Positions 1-9,665 of a stretch of 64,000 nt of DNA are shown here, piece by piece. Position numbers and translations under genes: made by a program. The stretch comes from Sedimentisphaerales bacterium (GTDB taxonomy: Bacteria > Planctomycetota > Phycisphaerae > Sedimentisphaerales > SM23-30), in assembly GCA_963663965.2 (NCBI GenBank), contig CAXXFK010000033.1, positions 64,001 to 128,000 on the forward strand, read 5' to 3'. The notes beneath the pieces are model-generated. The model saw only the letters and a list, made by a program, of their open reading frames with translations, was not told the DNA's origin and did not search any database. Positions within the stretch are counted from its first letter, which is position 1; every line of letters starts with the position of its first letter.

Positions 1-676
1 ACTTCTACGCCCCAACGACATTTATATAGGTCGCAAATGCTACTGGGGGCCCAGTCTATGTTGTTGGTAATAAATGATATGCGTTTTTCTTTACCATCAA
101 TTTCCACATCAGCAGTCACCATCCGTATAAACTTGGGGTAAGCCTCATAGCTTTTGGGGGTTTCAAGTTCGACTAACACATCGCTGATAATATTACCTTT
201 AGGTTCGCTAAGCGGTTTGATGATTCGATAAGCCATGTTGTCTTTAGCTCGTGTAACCCAGAATACCCCCCGACTATCAAGTTCAGCCAGATGCTTGAAA
301 TCAACGTAGGCCTTGTCAAAAACGGCTATTTCGCCACTTTTAAGATTCCCGCAAAGTTGATAAGCTTCTGTAGAATCGTGGGTTGACGCATTCTTGACAA
401 TAGCAAACTGAGGCAGAAAGGTTTGCAGATTAAGCTGCATGTGACATTTTGCTGCCGCCTTACGTCTGCGATGCTTTGCCCAATCCATACAATTGGCCAC
501 AAGCTTTATTGTCGTGGAATCAATGGCATAAATCGTTCGCTTGAATCGTCTGGGAAGCCCGGAATATTTGCCGCTGAAACCGAAACACTTATGCTGGTCC
601 TGGATATGGGACAGCACCTGCCAGAATAACGCTTCTGCCATGGCCGGATTACGTTCCTTGTTAGCGTTGGAAAGTC
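1..676 (-). pseudogene. IS4-family transposase, C-terminal part (interrupted by IS21; runs off window start)
   Basis: Minus frame is open from 676 to 1: GLSNANKERNPAMAEALFW...YAIDSTTIKL...AVFDKAYVDF...LYKCRWGVEV (DDE residues and Y-x2-R-x3-E motif). It joins in frame with 3306-3561 when the IS21 and one TSD copy are removed. Confidence 0.9.
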
Positions 677-749
677 CGTTGTGTCACCGGGCGGTTCAAA
701 ATCGACCATTGAGGGGCGAATCAAAATCGACCACTCTGGGTAAAAAATA

Positions 750-1496
750 TCAGTATTTTTCCTTATTGCAAGCCTTATTTCTGAGCCGATAGCTTTTGCC
801 GGTAATCTGGATGATTTCGGCGTGGTGCAGGAAGCGGTCCAGGATAGCGCTGGCGCTGGGGACATCACCCAGCAGTTTGCCCCAGTCTTCCAGGGGACGA
901 TTGGAAGTCATCACCGTCGAACGCAGTTCATAGCGCCGCATGATCACCTCAAAGAGATATTCCCCGGATCGTCTGGGCAACTGCTTCATGCCCATATCGT
1001 CAATGATCAGCAGGTCCGGTTTCAGGTATTTGGCCAGCGCTTTTTCCAATCCGCCCAGGGCCTCATCCTGCAGGAAGTCGCGGACCACATCGAATACCGA
1101 GCGGTACTTGACCACAAATCCGGTTTTAATGGCCTGATAGCCCAACGCCTGGGCCAGATGACTCTTGCCGGTGCCCGGCGGCCCCAAGAACAGCACATCG
1201 CGCCGTTCGCGCAGGAACCGGCAGCTGGCCAGATCGTAAATCTGTTTTTGTTTGACGGAGGGATTGAACTGCCAGTCGAAATCCTCCAGCGTTTTCAGTT
1301 CCCGAAAGGCCGCGGTCTTGACCCGCCGCTGGATCTGCCGATCCTGACGCACCAGCAGTTCATCTTGCAGGATCAATTCCAGGAAGTCCTGGTGAGATAA
1401 CCGGTTGCCGGCCGCTTCCTGCAGCCGGATCTCCAGCGAGTCGGCCAGTCCGGACAGGCGCAGGCGTTTCAGCGCGGTTTGGATCGCATCATTCAT
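750..1496 (-). CDS. istB: IS21 helper AAA+ ATPase IstB
   Basis: Walker A GPPGTGKS, Walker B LLIIDD, TSN, AILDRFLHH, GKSYR motifs. Start placed at MNDAIQ (ATG 1496, preceded by AGGAG). Confidence 0.95.
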   Translation of the reverse strand: MNDAIQTALKRLRLSGLADSLEIRLQEAAGNRLSHQDFLELILQDELLVRQDRQIQRRVKTAAFRELKTLEDFDWQFNPSVKQKQIYDLASCRFLRERRDVLFLGPPGTGKSHLAQALGYQAIKTGFVVKYRSVFDVVRDFLQDEALGGLEKALAKYLKPDLLIIDDMGMKQLPRRSGEYLFEVIMRRYELRSTVMTSNRPLEDWGKLLGDVPSASAILDRFLHHAEIIQITGKSYRLRNKACNKEKY

Positions 1497-1664
1497 ACGA
1501 AGGTCTCCTTGTGATTGAGATAAAATAAAAGGTGCTTCACGCCGGGCTTTGCCATCCATACAGCAAAGAGGCTGAAAAGAGATAGGGGGTGTGGGGGAAA
1601 GTGTCCCCCACGATCAAAACAGTTTTTCTTCCTTAAAATTAAAACCATGATATACTCCAAGAAC

Positions 1665-3200
1665 TTAACCGTGAGCCGCCGGAACCGACGGCAGGCATTG
1701 ATCGTATTCACTCAATGGGCGGATAATGGGATGTTCTTCGATAAAATCAAATTGCGGCTGTTCAATCCCTGTTCCGCGTTTTAACAGGTCACGCAAAGTC
1801 CGCAGGCGAAACGCTCCATGTGTCAGGGCAATCCGGCAGGCCTGGTTAATCGCCGGGTGGTCATACTGCTTGCTCAGGGACAACAGGCCCATGAGCGCCC
1901 GAACGGCCGTGATCCCGCGGAACTCCAGCAGAGCCTCGGCCCAGGCCAGGGTTTCCGGCCCGATGTACCGGACTTTGGTCAGTAACCAGGTGGATCCTTT
2001 TTCCACCCCCGAGCGTTTGCGTGCGTCGATGTGGCGATCATTGGTCTGGAACTTCCCGGCCTCCACCTGGGCATGCGTCGCGATCGATTCCATGCGATGG
2101 TTGTAGATCCGTACCACCCGGCCGTCCCAGCGGGCCCAGACCGGATGCCCCAGATACTCCGGTGGCACGGAATAGTAGGCTTTGGCGACTTCCACATGGC
2201 CGTCGCGATGCACCCGGCGTTGAGACTCTTGGAATGAAGGGAAATGACCGGACGGTAAGGGCAGCAAAGCCGGCTTGTCGGCCTGGTCAAAGATCTGGCG
2301 TACCTGTTGACGCATCGTGCCGTGAATCCGGGTATCGGCCACCCGCACTTCCCAATCCTGTAAAAAACGGTTCTGTTCGGCCAGCGAACTAAAGATCCGG
2401 CCCTTCAAGGCGTTGTCCTGCACATATTTGATTCCGCTTTCCACCTTGCCTTTGTGACGGGGTGTGTAAGGCCTGGCCGGCAGAATGACCGTCCGGTAAT
2501 GGACACAAAACGATTGCAGTTTGGGATTCAGTTCCGGATCGTACCAGTCGGCCCGGGTGACCGCTGCCTTCAAATTGTCGATAACCAGGGTTTGAGGCAC
2601 ACCCCCAAAATGCCAGAAGGCGTTCTCCAGACAGCGTAGAAAACTCTCGGTGGTCTGGTGGAAGACCGACTCACTGTAGGCTTTACGCGAATGACTTAAA
2701 ACCATGCGGAAGACATAAGTTCTTTTGCGTTTGCCATTGAGCCAGACCGGCGCGCCGGTGCCAAAATCGACTTGCGCTTCCTGGCCCGGCGGGCATTCCA
2801 TCCGCCGATAGGGCAAAGGGCGGGTCTGGCCCAGGCGCCGCACAAACCGCTTGACACTGTCATAGCTGCCAGTGAATCCCTGCTCGCTTTGCAGATCCTG
2901 AAAGATCCGTTGTCCGGACAACCCCTGACCGAGTTTGTCGCAGATAATCTGACGATAGGGTTCGCACTGGCTCTGGCGGCCTGCCGACCCGGGGGGCGAA
3001 ATGGTCGATTTTGGCCCACCGCCGATCTCGGACCCGGGGGGCACAATGGCCGATTTTGACTGTTCACGCACCAATCGGACATAGCGACTGACCGTCTGGC
3101 GATGGATCCCCAGTCGGCGAGCCACCTCGCGCTGGGAAAACCCTTGTTCACAAAGAGTTATGATCTTATTCGTCTGTACCATGCTGATCTGATTGGCCAT
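1665..3200 (-). CDS. istA: IS21 transposase IstA
   Basis: N-terminal HTH (SQREVARRLGIHRQTVSRY), QVDFG, DNLKAAV, KGKVESGIKYV, YSVP motifs. Confidence 0.95.
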   Translation of the reverse strand: MANQISMVQTNKIITLCEQGFSQREVARRLGIHRQTVSRYVRLVREQSKSAIVPPGSEIGGGPKSTISPPGSAGRQSQCEPYRQIICDKLGQGLSGQRIFQDLQSEQGFTGSYDSVKRFVRRLGQTRPLPYRRMECPPGQEAQVDFGTGAPVWLNGKRKRTYVFRMVLSHSRKAYSESVFHQTTESFLRCLENAFWHFGGVPQTLVIDNLKAAVTRADWYDPELNPKLQSFCVHYRTVILPARPYTPRHKGKVESGIKYVQDNALKGRIFSSLAEQNRFLQDWEVRVADTRIHGTMRQQVRQIFDQADKPALLPLPSGHFPSFQESQRRVHRDGHVEVAKAYYSVPPEYLGHPVWARWDGRVVRIYNHRMESIATHAQVEAGKFQTNDRHIDARKRSGVEKGSTWLLTKVRYIGPETLAWAEALLEFRGITAVRALMGLLSLSKQYDHPAINQACRIALTHGAFRLRTLRDLLKRGTGIEQPQFDFIEEHPIIRPLSEYDQCLPSVPAAHG

Positions 3201-3305
3201 GTCAAGCTCCCGTTTTTAGGTAACTTTAACAGACCAATTAGCCTTTCTTCAACATGGTCGATTTTAAACTGCCCCCTCGTGGTCGATTTTAACCGCCCCT
3301 TGACA

Positions 3306-3561
3306 CGTTGCGGCTTGGAGGGGTTGCGTTTCGGATAGTCGCCAGAGAACCGGCATGATTCCGTAAGGTATCTGCTACGTCATTGAGAGATAAACTATGT
3401 GCTATCTGGATATGCAGCATTGATACTACATGGGACCATGGCGAAAACGACCGGGACTGCTTATCTACTCCATAGTCACGGGCAAGTCTAGGCACAAGAA
3501 AAGCTGGAATATGCTGGCATATCTGTTTGAGAATGGTATAGTTATGTTTACTTGGTGGCAT
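3306..3561 (-). pseudogene. IS4-family transposase, N-terminal part (DUF4372-like)
   Basis: MPPSKHNYTILKQICQHIP...FSPWSHVVSML...SLNDV...PPSRN, cut at the IS21 end. Confidence 0.88.
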
Positions 3562-3640
3562 AAGTTACTCCTGTTTTTGTGATAATTACAGTGTAACTTA
3601 TGTCATCCTATTTTGAAATAACTACTTGAAATTCAGTAGT

Positions 3641-3656
3641 CTATGGGATGGCTGTG
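3641..3656 (-). repeat. Probable left terminal inverted repeat of the IS4 element (CACAGCCATCCCATAG)
   Basis: Lies ~80 bp upstream of the transposase start and resembles ends of this IS4 subgroup as I recall them. The partner end is outside the window. Confidence 0.5.
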
Positions 3657-3660
3657 TTAA

Positions 3661-3816
3661 AAGTACTTAAAATTCATTCAGTTCTGCAAGCGGTCTGTTT
3701 TTCCTGGGTTGCGTTATTAAAAAAACGTGAATATCATTAAAATATGCCCGGTTCTTATTCTTTACCAAAGAAAAATCATACTCGCTTACGTCTCTAAAGC
3801 AGTTGTATAAGTACCC
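3661..3816. repeat. Degenerate MITE-like palindromic repeat, copy 1
   Basis: 3669-3730 aligns with 36608-36670 (aaaattcattcag-nn-ctgcaagcggtctg-n-ttttcct...aaaa-cgtga). The left arm gcaagcggtctgtttttc is imperfectly complementary to gaaaaatcatactcgcttac (3770-3789). Confidence 0.55.
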
Positions 3817-3823
3817 ATAAAAA

Positions 3824-3860
3824 TAATCAGGCCTGCACTATCAAAGTGCAAGCCTGATTA
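3824..3860. terminator. Intrinsic terminator downstream of the 3890-5308 gene
   Basis: taatcaggc-ctgcact/agtgca-agcctgatta stem flanked by A tracts. Confidence 0.75.
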
Positions 3861-3889
3861 AAAGTTTCGATATACTTTCAGAGTATAGA

Positions 3890-5278
3890 TTAATTGCCAC
3901 AGTTTGCCAGCGTATCGGAACAATCCAGCCAGTTCGCGGCGATAAGTGTGATTAAATCTTCCAGATCAACCATACAATCCTGGTTCTGGTCACCAGGATT
4001 ATAGGGAGTTTGGGTGGCCATATGAGAAGCATCACAGGAATTATCACCGACTATTACCTGAATCGTATCCGATCCTTCTTTGACAGTATCACTGACAGTC
4101 AGCATGAATTCATAGGTGCCTCGTTCCGTAAAGGTTACACTGGTAACTTTCTGATCGACCGAGTTAATAGCAGCAGCCGGCGCGCCATTATCAACCTGGG
4201 TCCAGGTATAACTTAAAGACTGGCCTTCAGGCAAGCCGTCATCTTCAACCAGCACTGGAGTTATTGTAATATTTTCAGTACCAGATATCCCACTGGCGCC
4301 CAACCAGTTAACCAGATTATTCCCCAGTTCTACAGTTGGTGCTTGATTATCGTCAGTATAGAAAGACCATATCTGCCCGGGAAGGGTCTGGCTAGTGGAA
4401 GAGTCCAGACAGTCCACAATCCAGTAATAGGTGGTTTTGTTAACCAATGGCACAAAATTAGGGAATTTAGCAGCAGTTAACTCAACTGTTTCCGCATCGG
4501 CAGGCAGAGTGACCTTGTTCATAAAGGGACGATTGGGGTCGGTACCCAGATATACCGTACAAGTAATATGACCGCCTGGCGTATTGGGTTCAGGATTGGT
4601 CCATGAAAGTTCAGATAAACTGGTTTCTACGGCATCCTTATCATCCGGAACTGGATAATTGGCGCCGGGATATCGCTCAGTAACGGTTAAGCGTGGCCGT
4701 TGTGCTTCAATAGAATGGTTATAAGTAGAAAAATTTAATAAATTTGGTGAGTTATGCAAGACAAATTGTACAATGCCATCCGTATCACTTTGTAACGCAG
4801 CTAAAACATCAATGTCATATGTGTCACCAGCAAATCCATCCTTGAAAGATATGGTTCCAAGCAAGGTCGTTTGAACAGGGTTTAGCACCCCAAGGTCGTC
4901 AGGATTATTACCAGGTGCGTTATTCCAGGTGATATCGCGTTCGCCCCAGTTGATGTTCTCACGATAATCATCATTAACATAAGATACTTCACAACTCTGA
5001 CTTCCTGTCTTACCTTCATGCAGCGCTACTGTTAAAATAGCGGAATCGAGTTTGGAAACATCAAGATCACCCAACTCAAATTTGATCCAGCTTTTATTAC
5101 CAGAGGATGTGTTCCGAACAGACAGTTTATTGCTGTCATACTTGTTCACATCTGCATTTGTTCCACCTTCAGTTCTACAACTTAGCGTGGACATGATTGT
5201 GGTCTGGGCCATAACCGTTCCAAGCATCAAATAAGATACCAGCCCAACTAGAAAAATGCTTTTGACCTTCATTTTCAT
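3890..5278 (-). CDS. Secreted DNRLRE/CBM96-like protein with Ig/PKD-like domains and C-terminal dockerin-like tail
   Basis: Signal peptide MKMKVKSIFLVGLVSYLMLGTVMA; SWIKFELG, WGERDITWNNAP, RPRLTV; YYWIVD..GQIWSF; GTYEFMLTVSD; GDQNQDCMVDLED..WLDC. Start placed at ATG 5278 (GGAGG upstream). Confidence 0.75.
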   Translation of the reverse strand: MKMKVKSIFLVGLVSYLMLGTVMAQTTIMSTLSCRTEGGTNADVNKYDSNKLSVRNTSSGNKSWIKFELGDLDVSKLDSAILTVALHEGKTGSQSCEVSYVNDDYRENINWGERDITWNNAPGNNPDDLGVLNPVQTTLLGTISFKDGFAGDTYDIDVLAALQSDTDGIVQFVLHNSPNLLNFSTYNHSIEAQRPRLTVTERYPGANYPVPDDKDAVETSLSELSWTNPEPNTPGGHITCTVYLGTDPNRPFMNKVTLPADAETVELTAAKFPNFVPLVNKTTYYWIVDCLDSSTSQTLPGQIWSFYTDDNQAPTVELGNNLVNWLGASGISGTENITITPVLVEDDGLPEGQSLSYTWTQVDNGAPAAAINSVDQKVTSVTFTERGTYEFMLTVSDTVKEGSDTIQVIVGDNSCDASHMATQTPYNPGDQNQDCMVDLEDLITLIAANWLDCSDTLANCGN

Positions 5279-5882
5279 AACCTCCACAAAATGTGTATAG
5301 AGATACATTTCCGGGAAGTTCCACTATGAACTTCCACCATAACAGTTACGTTTTCCGATAAAAAATTGCTTCAAATGATACTTTTCATTATATCGAATCG
5401 AGTATAACGATGTCAAATTGTAATTTTACGGCATTTACCGAGACATGGGCCATCATAGTTTACTGGAACTAAAATCCTGAATAAAATGTAAAAGTAGAGT
5501 TAAAATTATTATTTTAAAGGAATTACAATATTTTATTTAAAAAAAGCACCGGTTTTAAGGATGTGAACATATAAAAAATAAACATGACATAGATGATTCT
5601 TTAATTAAAAATACTTCTAACTACAAGAATTTAATATGGATACAAATTTTTAGAGGATTCACGATAAAAGGTATGCGTTGAATTTGGTGTTAATATGTAT
5701 TTATAAAACCACTCTATCTGTTCTCAATAATTAGTAAATATACAACTAAAAATTCAAATGCGAATAAATTCTTCACTTAACCAGTAAAAGGTATGTAAAA
5801 GTAGGATTTTAGAGAGAGATATATTATTGGAATTTTGTCTTACTTTATAGTTATACAATAACAATATTCCAATGGATTCAAG

Positions 5883-6455
5883 ATGTCAGATCTACCCCAG
5901 ATAATAAATACGGATACCAATGATATCACTTTGGTCGTGCAGGCCAGAGCAGGCAATCGGCATGCCCTTGAAATATTGTTAGAAAGAAACTGGATTTGGT
6001 TACGAGTGCTGGCTGGCAGCCTGATTAATTTTGATGGAATCGATGATATTCTGCAAAATGTTTGTATTCGAGTTATGCTCAAAATTAATACACTTCGAGA
6101 ACCAGAGCGCTTCAGGCAGTGGCTGGCCGTGATTTTAAGGCGGGAAGTGATAAACTGGCGAAAAAAACATCAACGTGACCGAACGGTTCCTATAAATGAT
6201 GAATTAGACTTGCCTGATGATTCTTTTGTTTCAGGATTAGATAGTGACTTGAATCAGAGTGCGGTGTATCGGGCAATCAGATTATTGCCGGAATCACAGC
6301 GTGAAGTATTAATGCTAAAGTATATGTGTGAACATAGTTATTCACAAATTGCTGAAATCCTGGATATTTCGATTGCTTCTGTTCAAAATCGCTTATTCCG
6401 AGCCCGTCGTCAGATGGCTCTGCTTCTGGAAGAGAGAAACATTCAAAAGATATAA
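5883..6455 (+). CDS. ECF RNA polymerase sigma factor
   Basis: Region 2 (DDILQNVCIR..FRQWL) and region 4 (LPESQREVLML..SYSQIAEILDISIASVQNRLFRARRQ). Confidence 0.92.
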   Translation: MSDLPQIINTDTNDITLVVQARAGNRHALEILLERNWIWLRVLAGSLINFDGIDDILQNVCIRVMLKINTLREPERFRQWLAVILRREVINWRKKHQRDRTVPINDELDLPDDSFVSGLDSDLNQSAVYRAIRLLPESQREVLMLKYMCEHSYSQIAEILDISIASVQNRLFRARRQMALLLEERNIQKI

Positions 6456-6466
6456 ATGAGGCTGCT

Positions 6467-7033
6467 ATGAATAACGAAGAACTTGATAATTGGATTAATT
6501 TATATCTGGACAATCAATTGAATCAGGCCCAGAGTGAACTATTTGAACAAACCATGGCGGATAATTCTGAAATTCGACAACAATATGAACAGGCCATGGA
6601 AACTGACAGAATATTGAAAAAGCATTTATATCAAACCAAAGATGATCATGATGAGCATTTCAGAGTAATCTTATCTCAAGCCTGTGATTGCCTGCCGGAT
6701 AAGGTACGCCCAGAATCTTCCTGTGGTATTATTCGATTCATCACCGGGCTTGCGGCAGGATTGTTGATAGGCGTCAGCGCCAGCTTTTTTTATGAACATT
6801 TTCGAAGTGGGATTCATAAAACAAATCTGTCAAATCAGATTGTTGATGTCAAGGCAAACTCCACTTTCCCGACCCAAAAAGATGTTGATCCTGTTCCCTA
6901 TACCCCGTCGGTATCTCCCGTTGTTCGGGATATCGATTGGTATCTGTATACGGATGATGAGGGGGGGCAATGGGTATTCGAAAGTATTCGGGAAAATCGT
7001 CTTAATTCAGATATACAAACAGTCATGTATTAA
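6467..7033 (+). CDS. Probable membrane anti-sigma factor
   Basis: Directly follows the ECF gene; N-terminal INLYLDNQL anti-sigma-like helix; one TM segment (FITGLAAGLLIGVSASFFY). Confidence 0.75.
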   Translation: MNNEELDNWINLYLDNQLNQAQSELFEQTMADNSEIRQQYEQAMETDRILKKHLYQTKDDHDEHFRVILSQACDCLPDKVRPESSCGIIRFITGLAAGLLIGVSASFFYEHFRSGIHKTNLSNQIVDVKANSTFPTQKDVDPVPYTPSVSPVVRDIDWYLYTDDEGGQWVFESIRENRLNSDIQTVMY

Positions 7034-7093
7034 GTCATTAGCCGGCTGAAAATAGTCTATAAAATTTATTTATGTAATCAGGAGATTATAACA

Positions 7094-8059
7094 ATGAAAA
7101 CGAAACAAATATTATCGTCTTTACTGCTGTCGATGTTCAGTTTGTCTCTGTTTGCTCAATCCACATCCAAAGTATATCTAGGAGTTCAACTTAATCGCGA
7201 ACCATTGCCTCCTCTCCTGGTCAAACATCTCAAGCTGGAACCAGGTGAAGGATTGCTCATACAGAATATCGCCAAAGGCAGTCCGGCTGATCGTATCGGC
7301 CTTGAGAAAGATGATATTATCCTTAGATTAAATGGCTTACCTACCTTTTCTTCGGAATCATTTGTCAACTCAATTGGGGCGCATGAGCCGGGTCAGAAGA
7401 TAGCGCTGACAGTTATGCAATCCGGGATGATACGTCAATTTGAATGCCAGCTTGAACCAATACAGGATCAGGTCCAGTGGAAATATCCAACCGACATTGA
7501 AACATTGGAAATTCGGCGTCCCGGCCGTATCTTTCATATCAATCCCATGGATATTCAAATGGATAACATTGAACCGGGGAAAATGCCCGAAATAATGAAA
7601 GAATGGCGTAAAGAATTCAAATTTAATTTTCCTATTGATGATGCAACGGATATTTCAAATTCGATTATCTATATTTACCAGCATCAAGAAAATGGGCATG
7701 CCTTTACCGTGACTATTAAAGGTGATCCAGATGAGTCTGATAGCAGTGTGACCGTAAATGCAGGCGATCATGAATATAACGCCACCCCTGACAACCTGGA
7801 ATCAATTCCAGATGGCTATCAAAAAACAGTGAAGGAGGATATTGAAAAAGCGCGTCAGTCGAAGTCAAAGATTAAAATACCCAAGGTTCTGGAACACATT
7901 AAACTGCCTGATATTAAAGAATTGACGACTACGCCTGATAAACTCCAAAAAGAACTGGATACCCTCAAACAGCGGATGGATGAACTGGAGAAAAAACTGG
8001 ATCAACAGTTTGAAGAATTGAAAACAATGTTCTTGAAATCTGCTCAGACACGAATATGA
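7094..8059 (+). CDS. Secreted PDZ-domain protein with C-terminal coiled coil
   Basis: Signal peptide; YLGV...GLLIQNIAKGSPADRIGLEKDDIILRLNG PDZ signature; no trypsin domain seen. Confidence 0.85.
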   Translation: MKTKQILSSLLLSMFSLSLFAQSTSKVYLGVQLNREPLPPLLVKHLKLEPGEGLLIQNIAKGSPADRIGLEKDDIILRLNGLPTFSSESFVNSIGAHEPGQKIALTVMQSGMIRQFECQLEPIQDQVQWKYPTDIETLEIRRPGRIFHINPMDIQMDNIEPGKMPEIMKEWRKEFKFNFPIDDATDISNSIIYIYQHQENGHAFTVTIKGDPDESDSSVTVNAGDHEYNATPDNLESIPDGYQKTVKEDIEKARQSKSKIKIPKVLEHIKLPDIKELTTTPDKLQKELDTLKQRMDELEKKLDQQFEELKTMFLKSAQTRI

Positions 8060-8122
8060 AGCAATAAAAATTTTTGATGTAACTGAATTGATTAACCCAT
8101 GAACGTTATAGATGGCATCCAG

Positions 8123-8155
8123 AAATCCGGAAGTAGTTTTTACCCTTCCGGATTT
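8123..8155. terminator. Hairpin between convergent genes
   Basis: aaatccggaag...cttccggattt 11-bp inverted repeat. Confidence 0.65.
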
Positions 8156-8161
8156 GTATTA

Positions 8162-8902
8162 TTAATTTGTTTTAACACACCAGCGAATTGCGTTCAATAA
8201 TACTTGCTGCAGGGCTGGATTCTCGTAAGCATAATGATCATGACCGCATTGTAATACGCAAACATGGGCCTTGCCATAGGTCTTAGCCCAGCATAGATTC
8301 CCATCACTGGAGGGGTGGTCTGTGGTAAGTAATGCCGTTTGGTTCGTGCGCATACGATCTAAATTGTAGGTTTCATCATGGAGTTTAAAATCTTTTATCC
8401 CCTTAGTGATCGGATGTTTGGAATTGGTGACATGAACCGTCAAGTCGACTCCGTGTTGATAATGTATCCCTTCTTTGAACTGCTGAACCGGTACGAGATC
8501 GGCCCCGATAATGTCATGATATGCTTCCCATTGGGGCCATGCCGCAATGGCATGGTGCATAACAATTAGACCAATGCCTCGATCTTTGAGCAAGGTGATG
8601 ACATTTTGCTGTTGTTCTGGTGATATTTTCTGGGTCATATTATATAGCAAAATAACATCCGCATCAAAGGGATTGATCGTATTGAAAACCTCCGCCTGGT
8701 TCTGAAGCGGCCAATGCTCGTAAGTCACCTCTTTTGGTTCAAAGCTATCCAGCATGGCAAAAAAAGAGACTTCTTCGAAAGAGTGTCCTCCGGTTACCAC
8801 CAATACTCGTACCGGCCGTTTTTGAACCTTCTGACAGGTTGTGCAACCTGCCAGGTAAATCTGAAACAACACCAAGGTAAGCACTATGCAGATCTGTTTC
8901 AT
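8162..8902 (-). CDS. ThuA-like (class I GATase-fold) lipoprotein
   Basis: Lipobox LAGC; VLVVTGGH, GLIVMHHA, HPITKG..DETY, YGKAHV..GHD motifs. Confidence 0.85.
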   Translation of the reverse strand: MKQICIVLTLVLFQIYLAGCTTCQKVQKRPVRVLVVTGGHSFEEVSFFAMLDSFEPKEVTYEHWPLQNQAEVFNTINPFDADVILLYNMTQKISPEQQQNVITLLKDRGIGLIVMHHAIAAWPQWEAYHDIIGADLVPVQQFKEGIHYQHGVDLTVHVTNSKHPITKGIKDFKLHDETYNLDRMRTNQTALLTTDHPSSDGNLCWAKTYGKAHVCVLQCGHDHYAYENPALQQVLLNAIRWCVKTN

Positions 8903-8904
8903 AA

Positions 8905-9654
8905 TCACACATGTTTAAAAGCGGCTAATGAAATAAAATTAAAGCATTGGAACCACAATTGGCAGGGATCAAATCCAGCCTGTTTCAAACGATGAATGTG
9001 TGTTGGAATGGTGTCAGGGATCATTACCTTCTCCAGAGCCTTGCGTTTCTGGCTGATCTCCAATCGGCTATAACCCATCAGATGTTTGAAGTGGTGATGC
9101 ATGTCAATTTGAAAGTCATTCTCATCTTCACTGGCGAAAGCGACTTTCTCCGACAGGATCAATACGCCACCGGGCCGTAGCCCATCGAAAATCTTTTGGA
9201 TCATAGCATTACGATGATCGGGTGGGAGAAACTGTAATACAAAATTCAATGCAACGACAGATGCATTTTGAATATCAATCTCGCGGATATCCGCCAGTAA
9301 TACCTCTACGGGAATCAGATTGATATCTGACTGAACGATTTCATGGCAGCGTTCAATCATCGCTGGTGAATTATCAACGGAGACAATTTTACATCCTGGC
9401 TGGGTGATGCCCTGCCGCATGGCCAGCGTGCCGGCTCCCAGTGAACACCCCAGGTCATACATGACGCTCTCCGGTTGGGCGTAATGTTCCGCAAAGACAC
9501 GTGTCATGGCAATGACCGTGGCATAACCCGGCACCGAGCGCCTGATCATATCGTCAAACACCGAGACTACTCGCTCATCGAATACAAAGTCAGCAATTCT
9601 TTCCCGGTATTCGCTATAGATACGGTCTGTTTGTTCGGTATCGTTAGAAGTCAT
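8905..9654 (-). CDS. cmoA: Carboxy-S-adenosyl-L-methionine synthase CmoA
   Basis: DFVFDERVVSVFDDMIRRSVPGY, YDLGCSLGA, LNFVLQF, LSEK, GYSRLEISQKRKALE, WFQCFNF. Confidence 0.92.
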   Translation of the reverse strand: MTSNDTEQTDRIYSEYRERIADFVFDERVVSVFDDMIRRSVPGYATVIAMTRVFAEHYAQPESVMYDLGCSLGAGTLAMRQGITQPGCKIVSVDNSPAMIERCHEIVQSDINLIPVEVLLADIREIDIQNASVVALNFVLQFLPPDHRNAMIQKIFDGLRPGGVLILSEKVAFASEDENDFQIDMHHHFKHLMGYSRLEISQKRKALEKVMIPDTIPTHIHRLKQAGFDPCQLWFQCFNFISLAAFKHV

Positions 9655-9665
9655 AGGATTTTCTA

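Larger units (their letters stand above)
682..3305 (-). mobile_element. Complete IS21-family insertion sequence (2624 bp)
   Basis: TGTCA...TGACA ends; imperfect terminal IRs each with two AAAATCGACCA repeats; 5-bp direct repeat CGTTG at 677-681 and 3306-3310; contains istA and istB. Confidence 0.95.
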
